64,000 bases of DNA from an uncultured Magnetococcales bacterium (lineage in GTDB: Bacteria; Pseudomonadota; Alphaproteobacteria; UBA2136; JAPKEQ01): the NCBI GenBank assembly GCA_964015495.1, contig CAXHDG010000002.1:1449-65448 (forward strand). Direction: 5' to 3'. This document shows, in pieces, positions 43,297-52,841 of this stretch; the stretch's first letter is position 1; each line of letters opens with the position of its first letter. The notes beneath the pieces were generated by a model. The model was not told the origin of the DNA and ran no database searches. It was given only the letters and a program-made list of their open reading frames with translations. A program made the position numbers and the translations under genes.

Positions 43297-44651
43297 GAAG
43301 TACCAAACTGTTTGGTGACATTAAAGAGTACTTTTTCATTTTCATACTCATAGTTTACAAGATTACTATCAGCTTCTGCGTGCTGATAGCTTGCAGAAAC
43401 AGTCCAGTTTCCTTTGAATTTTTTACCAAAAAGAGCAGAAAGTGTGCGGGAGGTATCCGCACGCACCACTGTGGGGCTTACAAGAATATCAACGCCTTTA
43501 TATTGACTCTTTTTCATTTTCCAGCCCGCATTAAAGAACATATCAGCCGGCAAAACGCGTGTGTACGTTAAATTAAAGCTCTTTTGTATATTGTCGTTAT
43601 AGAGAGTTTGGGTGTCCTCTCTGCGATGAATGGCTGAAAAATTAAAAATATCTTTAGGCGTAGCAGCTGCAAGAACCGTAAAACCAAACTCTCTTGCTTT
43701 ACCGTCTTTGTCTTCATAGGTTGTTGTTGTGCGACTGTTGGTGAAATCTCTGTTTTCTGCCTTTGCATAAGTGCTCACCTTTATTTTAGGATGCAGAATT
43801 TTTTCAGCTGAAGTTTGCAAGCTTGTGATCTCAAGGTAATCTTGATGAGCGAGCTTAATATCGCTGTAAGCCCCTTCAAATTTAAGTTTTGCGCCATGTT
43901 TAGGAAAACTATAAGACGGACCTGTTTTGTAGTTGAATACGGTCAAATCTAAGCCATCAATAGACATTTGCTCTGTTTTGTAGAAGCTAAAAGCACTATC
44001 CCATGTGTAGCCTTTTTGGTGGTTAAAGGTGTAGGAATGGTTGACGCTGGTACTGCTGAAAATGCTTTCATCGGCGTCTTCTCCGCTGCCATTTCCAACA
44101 GGCACAATCACATCAAATACTGAAACTGTACCACTGTTAGGCGCAGCAGATGCGTTTGAGTCTGAAGCATAGCCAAAAGAAAGAGAGCCTGTAAGTTTAT
44201 GACGCTTCCTAGCGGCGCCAATGCGTGTAAGCATGGCATTTACATTTTTCTGAACAGCTTCTGGCGGGCCCCCTTCTAAAACTTCGTTAAAGAGCTTTTC
44301 TGCACGTGTGAAATCTTTCATGTGCATATAGGTAAGGGCAAGATCAAGCTTTACGCGTGGTAGGTCTGGCTTATGGATAAGCATGCGTTCGTAGGCTGAA
44401 ACAGCTTCGTCTAGCAGCCCCATTTTTTTTGCAAGAGAGGCATATTCAAAATTAAGTTTTAAGTTTGAGGGGTCTTGTGCAATTTTTTGTAACAAAGCAT
44501 CAAGATGCTCTGCAGGAGAGATTTTCTTTTGCTCTGATTCAGTTTGCGGTTGTTGCTTTGGTTTTTCTTCCTGTGTAAAAGCTACCGTGCCCATAAGGCA
44601 CAGAGTCGAAACTATAAATGTGAGAGCGAGCTTTTGCCTCAAGAGGACCAT
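43290..44651 (-). CDS. TPR-containing outer-membrane beta-barrel protein (DUF560/Slam-like architecture)
   Basis: 453 aa. Signal peptide. N-terminal TPR repeats (EAVSAYERMLIHKPDLPRVKLDLALTYMHMKDFTRAEKLF). The C-terminal half has alternating beta-strand patterns and ends ...KQFGTSW (aromatic terminal residue). Confidence 0.45.
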   Translation of the reverse strand: MVLLRQKLALTFIVSTLCLMGTVAFTQEEKPKQQPQTESEQKKISPAEHLDALLQKIAQDPSNLKLNFEYASLAKKMGLLDEAVSAYERMLIHKPDLPRVKLDLALTYMHMKDFTRAEKLFNEVLEGGPPEAVQKNVNAMLTRIGAARKRHKLTGSLSFGYASDSNASAAPNSGTVSVFDVIVPVGNGSGEDADESIFSSTSVNHSYTFNHQKGYTWDSAFSFYKTEQMSIDGLDLTVFNYKTGPSYSFPKHGAKLKFEGAYSDIKLAHQDYLEITSLQTSAEKILHPKIKVSTYAKAENRDFTNSRTTTTYEDKDGKAREFGFTVLAAATPKDIFNFSAIHRREDTQTLYNDNIQKSFNLTYTRVLPADMFFNAGWKMKKSQYKGVDILVSPTVVRADTSRTLSALFGKKFKGNWTVSASYQHAEADSNLVNYEYENEKVLFNVTKQFGTSW

Positions 44652-45277
44652 TGATCACTATCATCCTTCATTGCTTCTTCAAGTGATTCTTCCCCAGAAT
44701 TCTTACGCAATCTCTCAATTTCATGGATAAGATCAATGCGCTCAACCATGGCACCAATAATGGTTGAAAGGCTTTCCATGTCTTCTTGGTGCTGAAGTGT
44801 AAAGGGGTGATAGATAGGCTTTCCGTCATCACCAACGCCGTCAATATGGTTAATAAGTTGAACAACGCCAATAACACGGCCATAAAAGTTTTTAAGCGGG
44901 AAAGCCAGCATGCTCATGGAACGGTAGTGGGTTTTATCATCAAATGAGCGGTTAAATGTAAAGGGGACACCGCCAGGAATATCATATAGATCGTCAATTA
45001 AAACAGATTCACCTGTTTGGGCAACGTAACCAGCAATTGATTTAAGATCAATGGGCATAGCGAAGTTTTGAGGATCAAGTTGTAGGGAATCATTTTGCAT
45101 TGTCATCGCTTGAAGTGTTTCAGGCTCTCCATCGTATGGGCGTACAATGAAGGTACTTCCAGCTTCTGAAAACGTATGACGCCTTGCCTTTGCAAGGATA
45201 AGATCCATAGCTTGAGTTGGTGTTAGCCTTCCAGCATTGTGCTGGAGGACTGCAATAAAATCATCAGCAATACTCAT
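44639..45277 (-). CDS. GAF domain protein
   Basis: 212 aa. GAF-like core (...FIVRPYDGEP...IAGYVAQTGESVLIDDLYDIPGG...). Cytoplasmic. Confidence 0.6.
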   Translation of the reverse strand: MSIADDFIAVLQHNAGRLTPTQAMDLILAKARRHTFSEAGSTFIVRPYDGEPETLQAMTMQNDSLQLDPQNFAMPIDLKSIAGYVAQTGESVLIDDLYDIPGGVPFTFNRSFDDKTHYRSMSMLAFPLKNFYGRVIGVVQLINHIDGVGDDGKPIYHPFTLQHQEDMESLSTIIGAMVERIDLIHEIERLRKNSGEESLEEAMKDDSDQWSS

Positions 45278-45380
45278 AGGAGTTAGACATCCACTCTTAT
45301 TTTTATAAAGTTCCTCCCTAGTGTATCGCCTCTACGTGTAGGTGTCACAGAAAACAACTTATCTTTGCAAGGGTTTTTAC

Positions 45381-47153
45381 CTATAACGGCCAGATGAGTG
45401 GCAAGAAAACCATAGCGAGAATAAAGAATATGATGTTAAGTGGAAGCCCCACCTTAAGGAAATCTATATATTTATAACCGCCAGGGCCATAAACCATTGT
45501 ATTTGTCTGATATCCGACAGGTGTTGCAAAACATGTGGATGCGGCAAAGGTTACAGCAATAAGAAATGGTTTAGGGTCTGCGCCAAAGGAATTAGCAACT
45601 TGCAAGGCAAGTGGGGCAATAAGAACAGCGGTCGCATTGTTAGACATAACAGCTGTAAGCACCATGGTGAGGATATAGATGCCGCCAAGCCCATAAATAG
45701 GGCCATAACTCCCAAGAGAAGCCATAACAATATCTACAAGAGAAGACACAGCTCCAGAGCTTTCCATGGCAGCGCCAAGTGGGATAAGCCCTGCAAGGAG
45801 AAGGATAACGCGAAGGTCTACAGCGTTATAAATTTCTTTTGCGGTAAGGCATCTTGTAAAGCCAACAGCAAGTGCCCCGCAAAGCGCGGCTGTAAGGATA
45901 GATACTGTTCCAATAGCTGCTGCCCCAACCACAGAGGCAAGAATAACAACAGAAAGGAAAGCCTTACTTGTTTTAAGCTTAAGAGTTGATAGGTCTTGCA
46001 GGTATGCAAATTCAGCATCATCTGCAAGGTGTAATAGGTCATTTTTATGCCCTTGCACAAGGAGAGTATCCCCCTCCTTAAAGGTAATATCACGAATACG
46101 TGTTTTAATAACGGAGCCACGGCGGCGCACACCAAGAACAGCAGCGTGATAACGCCAGTAGAAATCAAGTTGTGTAAGTGTTCTGCCTACAATGGGTGAA
46201 CCTGTGGGTACAATAACCTCAAGCAGACTAATATCATCAGATTCAAGGTGTGAGGCATTCAGGTGTCCTTTAGCCCAATCTTCAAGTTTAAGACGGCTTT
46301 CAGATTCTAATATGCGGTCAACATCTCCGCGGATAACAAGCAAATCCCCTTCATGGATGGTGCTGTTGTGCGCAGCCCAAACAACTTTACCATCGCGCAC
46401 CATTTCAATGATGCGGCCGCCAATCTCAGTGAGGGCATTATCTTGCCCGCGCTGTCCAATAAGAGGGGACCCTTTAAGAACGCGCATCTCTGTCATGTAA
46501 TCTTGCAGGCGGTAATCTTCAGAAAGGCTTTCAGTTTGTTCACGGTCTTTAAGCATGTATTTAGAAGCAAAAAGCATATAAACAATACCAACGGCAAAGC
46601 AAATAAGGCCAAATTTGGCAAATTCAAACATGCCAAAAGGTTCAAGTCCTGCACCGATAAGGAAAAGGTTCATAAGAAGATTGGTTGTTGTGCCAATAAG
46701 GGTACATACCCCGCCAAATTGCGCAGCAAATGAAAGCGGCATTAAAATACGGCTTGGACTAATGCCGCGTTCGTCTGAAAAGCGCATAGCAAGAGGCAAA
46801 AGAACAGCAACCGTAGCCGTATTGTTAATAAAGGCGCTTAAAGTACCGCAAGTTGCCATAAGAACAAGGTTAAGCCGTGTTTTACTTTTTCCAGCTACCG
46901 TATAAATTTTATTGGCAAGAAAGCGCACAACGCCTGTTCTTTGCAAGGCTGCTGACAAAATAAACATGCCAGCTACAGTAATTGTAGCAGGGTTAGAAAA
47001 CCCATTCAGAATCATATCTTCTTCTACAAGGCCAGTAAGGAGAAGGGCAACAAGAACCATCATGGCGACCATATCAACCGGAAATTTTTCGCTGACAAAG
47101 AGGATGATTGATCCAGCAACAATGAGTAGAACTGTTAGGATTTGGAAGTCCAT
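45381..47153 (-). CDS. SLC13/DASS-family anion permease with two central TrkA-C (RCK_C) domains
   Basis: 590 aa. N- and C-terminal transporter repeats (SNPATITVAGMFILSAAL... / ...MSNNATAVLIAPLAL). A central cytoplasmic region holds two RCK_C-like units (LKGSPLIGQ..., IVPTGSPIVGRTL). Confidence 0.75.
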   Translation of the reverse strand: MDFQILTVLLIVAGSIILFVSEKFPVDMVAMMVLVALLLTGLVEEDMILNGFSNPATITVAGMFILSAALQRTGVVRFLANKIYTVAGKSKTRLNLVLMATCGTLSAFINNTATVAVLLPLAMRFSDERGISPSRILMPLSFAAQFGGVCTLIGTTTNLLMNLFLIGAGLEPFGMFEFAKFGLICFAVGIVYMLFASKYMLKDREQTESLSEDYRLQDYMTEMRVLKGSPLIGQRGQDNALTEIGGRIIEMVRDGKVVWAAHNSTIHEGDLLVIRGDVDRILESESRLKLEDWAKGHLNASHLESDDISLLEVIVPTGSPIVGRTLTQLDFYWRYHAAVLGVRRRGSVIKTRIRDITFKEGDTLLVQGHKNDLLHLADDAEFAYLQDLSTLKLKTSKAFLSVVILASVVGAAAIGTVSILTAALCGALAVGFTRCLTAKEIYNAVDLRVILLLAGLIPLGAAMESSGAVSSLVDIVMASLGSYGPIYGLGGIYILTMVLTAVMSNNATAVLIAPLALQVANSFGADPKPFLIAVTFAASTCFATPVGYQTNTMVYGPGGYKYIDFLKVGLPLNIIFFILAMVFLPLIWPL

Positions 47154-47207
47154 TTTTTGTGCGATCCTTTTTTGTGGTCTTGCAACTGTGTAAAATACAC
47201 GTATTCT

Positions 47208-47747
47208 ATGGGCATGACAAATAAAGCTTCACGTACTCCAAACCATGTCCGCTTTAATAAGCACGCCGCACCTGTGCCTAAAAAGCGTAAAAAAGCAGCT
47301 AAAAAAGAAGAAGTTCTTTCACCGTATGTTTCAGATTTAAGTAAAACGCCAAGCCTAAAAAGGGCAGATAAGCTTAGGTTTAGAAAAACAATTTGGGTTT
47401 TTGCGGTTATTTTTATTTTGGCAGGGCTTGATCAATTGATGCCTTCTGTTCGTAAAACATTTGAATCCATTGTTTCTGAGTCTCCAGAGTTTATGCCAGA
47501 GGTTTCGGGCCTTGTGCAAAAGGCAGAAAATCTGCTGAAAAACTTAAACACAAAGCCAACAGCTATCCTTCTTATGGATACTGTGGGCTACGATATACCT
47601 AGCCATTTAGAAGACCCGTCTATTCATCTTGTATCAGGTATGGACCTTGAGATTGTTGAACTTAAAGGGCAGTGGGCTCAGGTTTCTTCACCTTCGGTAG
47701 ATTTTATGTTCTGGGTTGATAAAAATACACTTCTTCTCGAAAAATAG
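47208..47747 (+). CDS. Hypothetical membrane-anchored protein (start uncertain). The 47142 start given in the ORF track overlaps the transporter gene.
   Basis: Basic N-terminus, one TM (IWVFAVIFILAGL). C-terminal ...LEIVELKGQWAQVSS resembles a bacterial SH3-like segment. Confidence 0.35.
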   Translation: MGMTNKASRTPNHVRFNKHAAPVPKKRKKAAKKEEVLSPYVSDLSKTPSLKRADKLRFRKTIWVFAVIFILAGLDQLMPSVRKTFESIVSESPEFMPEVSGLVQKAENLLKNLNTKPTAILLMDTVGYDIPSHLEDPSIHLVSGMDLEIVELKGQWAQVSSPSVDFMFWVDKNTLLLEK

Positions 47748-47826
47748 AGCGTTTTTAGTCGCGTTTCATGCTGTGAATTAAAAATGTTTATTTGCAGAAA
47801 CGAAAACCTTTGCTACAGTAGGCGCC

Positions 47827-48126
47827 ATGGAAATTAAACATAACATGGCACCAGACACCCCAGTCCCTTTCAAGTTTCAGATTGATGCGGCTCAAAAAGT
47901 GGTACGTCTTTTTCTTCCGCCAATGCCAGGCAGACCTTCACCATACCTTAGAATTGGCCGCGATTTTGTGCGCATTTCTACAGGCGGAGAACACGGCTTT
48001 TTGCAGCTTTCTCCTGTTGAAGATGATGTGATTTCAACACTTCTAAATTACGGCACTGTGGATGTACACGAGACGACAACAGAAGGCCAAATTACACGCT
48101 CTTACCGGGCCGAAGTTGTGCGCTAA
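47827..48126 (+). CDS. Hypothetical protein (99 aa)
   Basis: ORF only. No motif recognised. Confidence 0.3.
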   Translation: MEIKHNMAPDTPVPFKFQIDAAQKVVRLFLPPMPGRPSPYLRIGRDFVRISTGGEHGFLQLSPVEDDVISTLLNYGTVDVHETTTEGQITRSYRAEVVR

Positions 48127-48130
48127 ACGC

Positions 48131-48940
48131 ATGATGTTTCGTGCTTATATATTCACTCTTTTTCTCCTAACGTCTTTAAATGCGTTTTCTTGGGCAGCAC
48201 CAACCGTTAATGTAAAAGAGGCCGATGCATCTTTTCCTTTTTCTTGCCTGGGGCGTACTTTTGAAAGCGATACGCCTATTAGTAATGTGCATGGGTGTGA
48301 TAAAACTTTTATAGCCTTTAGCACAGTGGGCAAGGCCATGTTACTTACTGTGCACCACGGGTGGATGGATACAGGTGAAAGTAAAACGCCGTACGTAAGC
48401 CATTTTTTAGAACTTCCTGATGGCCGTTTTTATCGTTTCAATGATATTGGATTTCTTTTCCATCCACGCCTTCGTCAATATTTTGATGAAATTTCAGGGC
48501 GTGTTGGTGGCTACAAGACAAATATCACACTAGAAAAATTTGCAGAGCCGCATCTTGATGCTTATGCGGATACATTTTGCCTGACTTACCATCTTAAGCA
48601 TCCGTTTGGCGGCAAATATGGATGGTGTCAAAAAGATACCATTATGAGCGGGCAAGGTTTTTACCTTGATGGCGCTATGGAATTTACGCGCGCCGCGTTG
48701 CTGGCTTATGACGCAACAATTGAACATAATATTGCTATGTCTCGCGGGCCTTTTCTTTCTAACGTAACGCTTACAGCAATTAACACAGATATAAACGGCT
48801 GGTGGTATTACGCCTTTGCCTTTGTAGGTGTTGCAAGCCCTTACGAGCCAGAACAGTATTTTGTTGTGAGGGTTTTCTTTGATGGACGAACAGAGATTCG
48901 CACGCTGAGAGAAAAACCTGAAAATCCTGACGCATTATAA
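48131..48940 (+). CDS. Hypothetical secreted protein. Start moved from 48062 to the internal MMFRAY Met.
   Basis: Signal peptide MMFRAYIFTLFLLTSLNAFSWA/AP. The 48062 start would overlap the previous ORF by 65 nt. Confidence 0.4.
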   Translation: MMFRAYIFTLFLLTSLNAFSWAAPTVNVKEADASFPFSCLGRTFESDTPISNVHGCDKTFIAFSTVGKAMLLTVHHGWMDTGESKTPYVSHFLELPDGRFYRFNDIGFLFHPRLRQYFDEISGRVGGYKTNITLEKFAEPHLDAYADTFCLTYHLKHPFGGKYGWCQKDTIMSGQGFYLDGAMEFTRAALLAYDATIEHNIAMSRGPFLSNVTLTAINTDINGWWYYAFAFVGVASPYEPEQYFVVRVFFDGRTEIRTLREKPENPDAL

Positions 48941-48972
48941 AAAAAAGAGCGCCGCCGGCGCTCTTTTTTATT
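48940..48972. terminator. Bidirectional rho-independent terminator
   Basis: AAAAAAAAGAGCGCC-gcc-GGCGCTCTTTTTTATT. Confidence 0.75.
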
Positions 48973-49978
48973 CTGCAGGTACGCCGCTACTTGTGGTGTA
49001 AATTAGCTTAAAGCGTTTTTCTGGTTCAATAATGCTTTGTGCAGTTTTGGCGGCAATAGCACTTTCTGCAAACCCTGTGAGAATAAGGTCTAGCTTACCG
49101 GGATACTCTGTAATATCTCCGGATCCAAGAATACCTGGTACTGTTGTTTGCATGGTTGCAGGTTCTACAACAATTTTCTTTTTAGCAATGCCAAGGCCCC
49201 ATTCAGCAAGTGGGCCGAGGGACGGCACAAGTCCAAAGAAACAAAGGAGGTTGTCAGCTTTTAAAATCTTATCTTCACCGCCGCGCTGAGATAGAACAAC
49301 TTCTTGAAGAGTGTTTTTTTCTCCGTTGAGTTCTTTGAGTTGGTATGGCGTATGAAGCGAAAGTTTTCCTGCCTTTTCAAGGTCTCTCATTTTCTGAACA
49401 GTCGCTTCCGCAGCTCTAAAGTCATCTCTGCGGTGGACAACATGAATGTGCTTGCAGATATCCCCAAGGGCAACAGCCCAGTCTACAGCGCTATCTCCGC
49501 CGCCTGCAATCACAACTGTTTTATCTTTGAATTGATTTTTTTTCTTCACAGCATAAAAAACAGCTGAGCCTTCAAAATCTGCAAGATTGCTAATTGGGGG
49601 TTTGCGCGGCGTAAATACGCCAGCGCCAGCAGCTACAACAATAACTTTCGCTTTAATTGTTGTCTCGCCAGCAGTTAGAGTGAAATTTCCTGCTTCCCCT
49701 TCAAGAGTTGTAACTTCATCACCAAGCACGTACTCGGGGTTAAATGGCTTAATCTGTTCTTCAAGCTTGTCAGAAAGATCGCCTGCTAGAATCATAGGGT
49801 AGGCTGGAATGTCATAAATTGGCTTTTCAGGGTAGAGCTCACTGCACTGGCCACCAATTTGTGGAAGGGAGTCAATAACAACGCAGTTATACCCAAGAAG
49901 ACCCATTTCAAAGACTGTAAACAGTCCGACAGGGCCGGCGCCAACAATGGCAACATCTTTTTCAATTACTCTATTCAT
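48968..49978 (-). CDS. Ferredoxin--NADP+ reductase (thioredoxin-reductase-like FNR type)
   Basis: 336 aa. FAD-binding VAIVGAGPVGLF...GGQ. Second dinucleotide-binding VIAGGGDSAVDWA. C-terminal GDIT.YPGKL. Confidence 0.85.
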   Translation of the reverse strand: MNRVIEKDVAIVGAGPVGLFTVFEMGLLGYNCVVIDSLPQIGGQCSELYPEKPIYDIPAYPMILAGDLSDKLEEQIKPFNPEYVLGDEVTTLEGEAGNFTLTAGETTIKAKVIVVAAGAGVFTPRKPPISNLADFEGSAVFYAVKKKNQFKDKTVVIAGGGDSAVDWAVALGDICKHIHVVHRRDDFRAAEATVQKMRDLEKAGKLSLHTPYQLKELNGEKNTLQEVVLSQRGGEDKILKADNLLCFFGLVPSLGPLAEWGLGIAKKKIVVEPATMQTTVPGILGSGDITEYPGKLDLILTGFAESAIAAKTAQSIIEPEKRFKLIYTTSSGVPAE

Positions 49979-49984
49979 AGTAAG

Positions 49985-51226
49985 TTATTTACGTGAATTT
50001 TCGTCCTTTGGCAAGGCAAGCAACCCTAATTTTTCATGGAGTTTCATGCGTGCATTTAGAATGCGGCTTTCGCGAATCATGCCAGGAATGTAAGGGTGTG
50101 AAATATCGCCCTCTGCTTTTGCTCCGCAGACAAAGTCAGCCAGTGCATCTAAAGGTTTTTCTGTAATGCTCGGTATAAGTGCTCTCAGGAATGTTTTAAG
50201 AACAGGTGAGAAACTGCCTCGCATAAGTTTAAGGAGAAGAAGCTCTGTGAGCCTTTCATTTTCTTGCAATTTAAGTGTGTTTCGTAGCTCTAATTGGCGC
50301 CCTTTAAGAGTTTCAATTTTAGCTTTTTGCGTATCTTGTGGCAGGTCATGGAACCTTGGTTGATCCAGTAAGTTTTGTGTCAGAGAGAAGTTTATGACGT
50401 TACAGAGGTTGTTGAGGGCCTTTGTATTGCCATTTATCGCATCTAAAACCCAATGAGCTATCATCTCAGCTTGTTTGGCCTGGTGAATATTTACAGGCGT
50501 TTCAGTATCTTTTTGATAACACCTTTTAAGGGCTTCTGTTGTTTTTCTTTCAATCAGGGCGCGCTGTTCAATAAGCATACCTGTTGGTTCTGCTTTCTCT
50601 ACAAACTTACGCAAGTGGTTTTGAATTGCGGGCGTGTTTTCTGGCTGGCCAAAGGCAAGTTTAGTGGCGGAAAAATCTGGTTTAATTGTATGAATGCTTT
50701 GCCAGTGATTTTGGATTGATACGAGGCAATTTCCAAGTGTGTTTCTGTCATTATTAGAAATCGGTTCCTGTGTTTTTCCTGTTAGGAGGGCAGGTTCTTT
50801 AAACAGAATATCTTGCAGCGTTGCTGTTTCACTAAGGTGATCAAGGCTTTGTACAATGAAAGGAATGTGATCGCTATTTTGCTCAAGAGGACGTGAAAGG
50901 TTGAGAGCTCTGTTTACAAATAAAGCTGAAATGCCGTCCAATATGTCTGCGTTGGTGGCGCTTTTATTTAGGCTCTGTAGAATAAACAAGACAATGCCAT
51001 TGGTAAGCGGTTTGGAAATATATTTTTCAAGCGTTGTTTGTAGCGTGAAGATGGCTGATTTAAAACCATAGACTTTATACTCAAACCTAATACTTTTGAG
51101 TGCTTTAGAGATTTCCTCTTGAGGAATGGCAGGCGCCTCTTGTTGTGAATCTTCTTCTTCGTAGCCAAGAATCCATGCAACTTGTTCATCGCTGCTTGGT
51201 GTTAAAATGCTTGCATCTTTAGACAT
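49985..51226 (-). CDS. Hypothetical soluble protein (413 aa)
   Basis: No TM or signal peptide. Acidic N-terminus. No motif recognised. Confidence 0.35.
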   Translation of the reverse strand: MSKDASILTPSSDEQVAWILGYEEEDSQQEAPAIPQEEISKALKSIRFEYKVYGFKSAIFTLQTTLEKYISKPLTNGIVLFILQSLNKSATNADILDGISALFVNRALNLSRPLEQNSDHIPFIVQSLDHLSETATLQDILFKEPALLTGKTQEPISNNDRNTLGNCLVSIQNHWQSIHTIKPDFSATKLAFGQPENTPAIQNHLRKFVEKAEPTGMLIEQRALIERKTTEALKRCYQKDTETPVNIHQAKQAEMIAHWVLDAINGNTKALNNLCNVINFSLTQNLLDQPRFHDLPQDTQKAKIETLKGRQLELRNTLKLQENERLTELLLLKLMRGSFSPVLKTFLRALIPSITEKPLDALADFVCGAKAEGDISHPYIPGMIRESRILNARMKLHEKLGLLALPKDENSRK

Positions 51227-51289
51227 AGTTTTCCGCTCTGTTACTCGTTTTTATTATGGTTACTTTAGCATATAAATATTCAATGTTCC

Positions 51290-52837
51290 TTGATTCTTTT
51301 GAGAAGCTATATGATGATAGCACCCATGAAGATTTTTAGGACACACCTTGCTGGAGAGCATGATACTGAAAAGCTTGCCCAAGTTTTGGCAAAGTTTACA
51401 GTTGCGGGAGACCGCTTTTACTTGAATGGTACCTTAGGTACTGGAAAAACAACGTTTAGCCGTGCTTTTGTGCAAGCGCTTGGAAGCGAGGATGCTTATG
51501 TGCCAAGCCCAACATTTACGCTTGTGCAAACTTACGATGATACGCGCCTTCCTGTTGCTCATGTGGATTGTTACCGTATTGAAAACCCAGAAGAGGAGCT
51601 TGAGGCTCTTAACCTCTCTCCGTTTTTTAGAGACGGTGTAACCCTTTTGGAGTGGGCGGATACAGTACAAACGTGCCTTCCGCCAGTTGAGGGTACGCAA
51701 GTCGCTATTGCAGAGCTTGATATCCCTGATGCGCTGACAATTAACATAAGCCATGTTGGGGACACAGCTAGAAATGTAGAGATGTTTGCCTCTGGCAGTT
51801 GGGCGTTTAGGCTTGAGCGTATTGGTGGTTTTCAAGGAGATGTGACCCACGATGAAGGGAATGAACATCGTTTTTCTAAGCAGGAATATCTCGGTAAGCA
51901 TAATTTTAGGGGGCATGTGCTTAAGCCTCTTTTTCAGGACTGCTCTTTAAGAAGTTACTACCGCTTTCAAACAGGCAGCGGTCCGCGTGTTCTTATGAAT
52001 GCGCCTCCAGGACTTGAAGACCTTGGCACGTTTGTGCGCCATGCAAAATCGCTTAAAATGCAAGGCGTCAATGTACCTGAAATTTATGATTATAACCTAG
52101 AACACGGTTACGCTATGATTGAGGATTTTGGTGATACGATTCTCCATGATGCTTTAAAATGCGCGCCTCACGATATGCAACTTTTGAACAAAGCTTTTGA
52201 TATGCTAACAGCTTTCCAAAATACAAATTTAACGGATATTCCAGAATATACAGAAGATGTTGCTTTTGCAGAAGCGAGCCGCTTTACAGATTGGTACCTG
52301 CCTTACGCTAAGGGGCACTCAACGCCAACAGGTGCTCGTAGAGAGTGGCGTACCCTTTGGTATGATCTTTACCCTCAAATTGCAGCTATGCCAAAGGTTC
52401 CTGTACATTGGGACTTTCATGTGGGCAATATGATGGTTTTAAAAAATGGCGAATTGGGGCTGATTGATTTTCAGGATGTAAAGCGCGGATCTTGCGCCTT
52501 TGACCTTGCCTGCCTTTTGGAAGATCGTTACGCCATATCTGAGGAAAATAAGCAAAACCTAAAAGACCGTTTAATCCAGCATTACAATTTGGATAAAGAT
52601 GCTTTTGAGGCGGCTTACGTGCTGGGCGGTTTGCACCGTATGTTTAAAGTGACAGGGCTTCTTATTCGTTTAAAAGAGCGTGATGGCAAAGCCGATGCTC
52701 TTGACCGTATGGGGGAGGTATGGCAAACCATTGCAAGGCTTTGCAAACATCCGGCTGCAGCACCTGTTCAAGACTATCTGAACCGCGTTTATCCCCTTTA
52801 CGAAGAAAAATACCTTAAAACACAAAAGGCATCTTAA
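51290..52837 (+). CDS. tsaE: Bifunctional protein: TsaE (YjeE) P-loop ATPase fused to an aminoglycoside-phosphotransferase-like sugar kinase (AmgK-like)
   Basis: N-terminus LNGTLGTGKTTFSRAF (TsaE Walker A). The C-terminal ~330 aa has the APH-fold Brenner motif HWDFHVGNMMV and LIDFQD. Confidence 0.8.
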   Translation: MILLRSYMMIAPMKIFRTHLAGEHDTEKLAQVLAKFTVAGDRFYLNGTLGTGKTTFSRAFVQALGSEDAYVPSPTFTLVQTYDDTRLPVAHVDCYRIENPEEELEALNLSPFFRDGVTLLEWADTVQTCLPPVEGTQVAIAELDIPDALTINISHVGDTARNVEMFASGSWAFRLERIGGFQGDVTHDEGNEHRFSKQEYLGKHNFRGHVLKPLFQDCSLRSYYRFQTGSGPRVLMNAPPGLEDLGTFVRHAKSLKMQGVNVPEIYDYNLEHGYAMIEDFGDTILHDALKCAPHDMQLLNKAFDMLTAFQNTNLTDIPEYTEDVAFAEASRFTDWYLPYAKGHSTPTGARREWRTLWYDLYPQIAAMPKVPVHWDFHVGNMMVLKNGELGLIDFQDVKRGSCAFDLACLLEDRYAISEENKQNLKDRLIQHYNLDKDAFEAAYVLGGLHRMFKVTGLLIRLKERDGKADALDRMGEVWQTIARLCKHPAAAPVQDYLNRVYPLYEEKYLKTQKAS

Positions 52838-52841
52838 ATTT

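Noticed and set aside
47827-48126. Considered merging this ORF with 48062..48940 as one frameshifted gene
   Set aside because: The downstream ORF has a clean signal peptide starting at the internal Met (48131), which is typical of a genuine N-terminus. The two are treated as separate genes.
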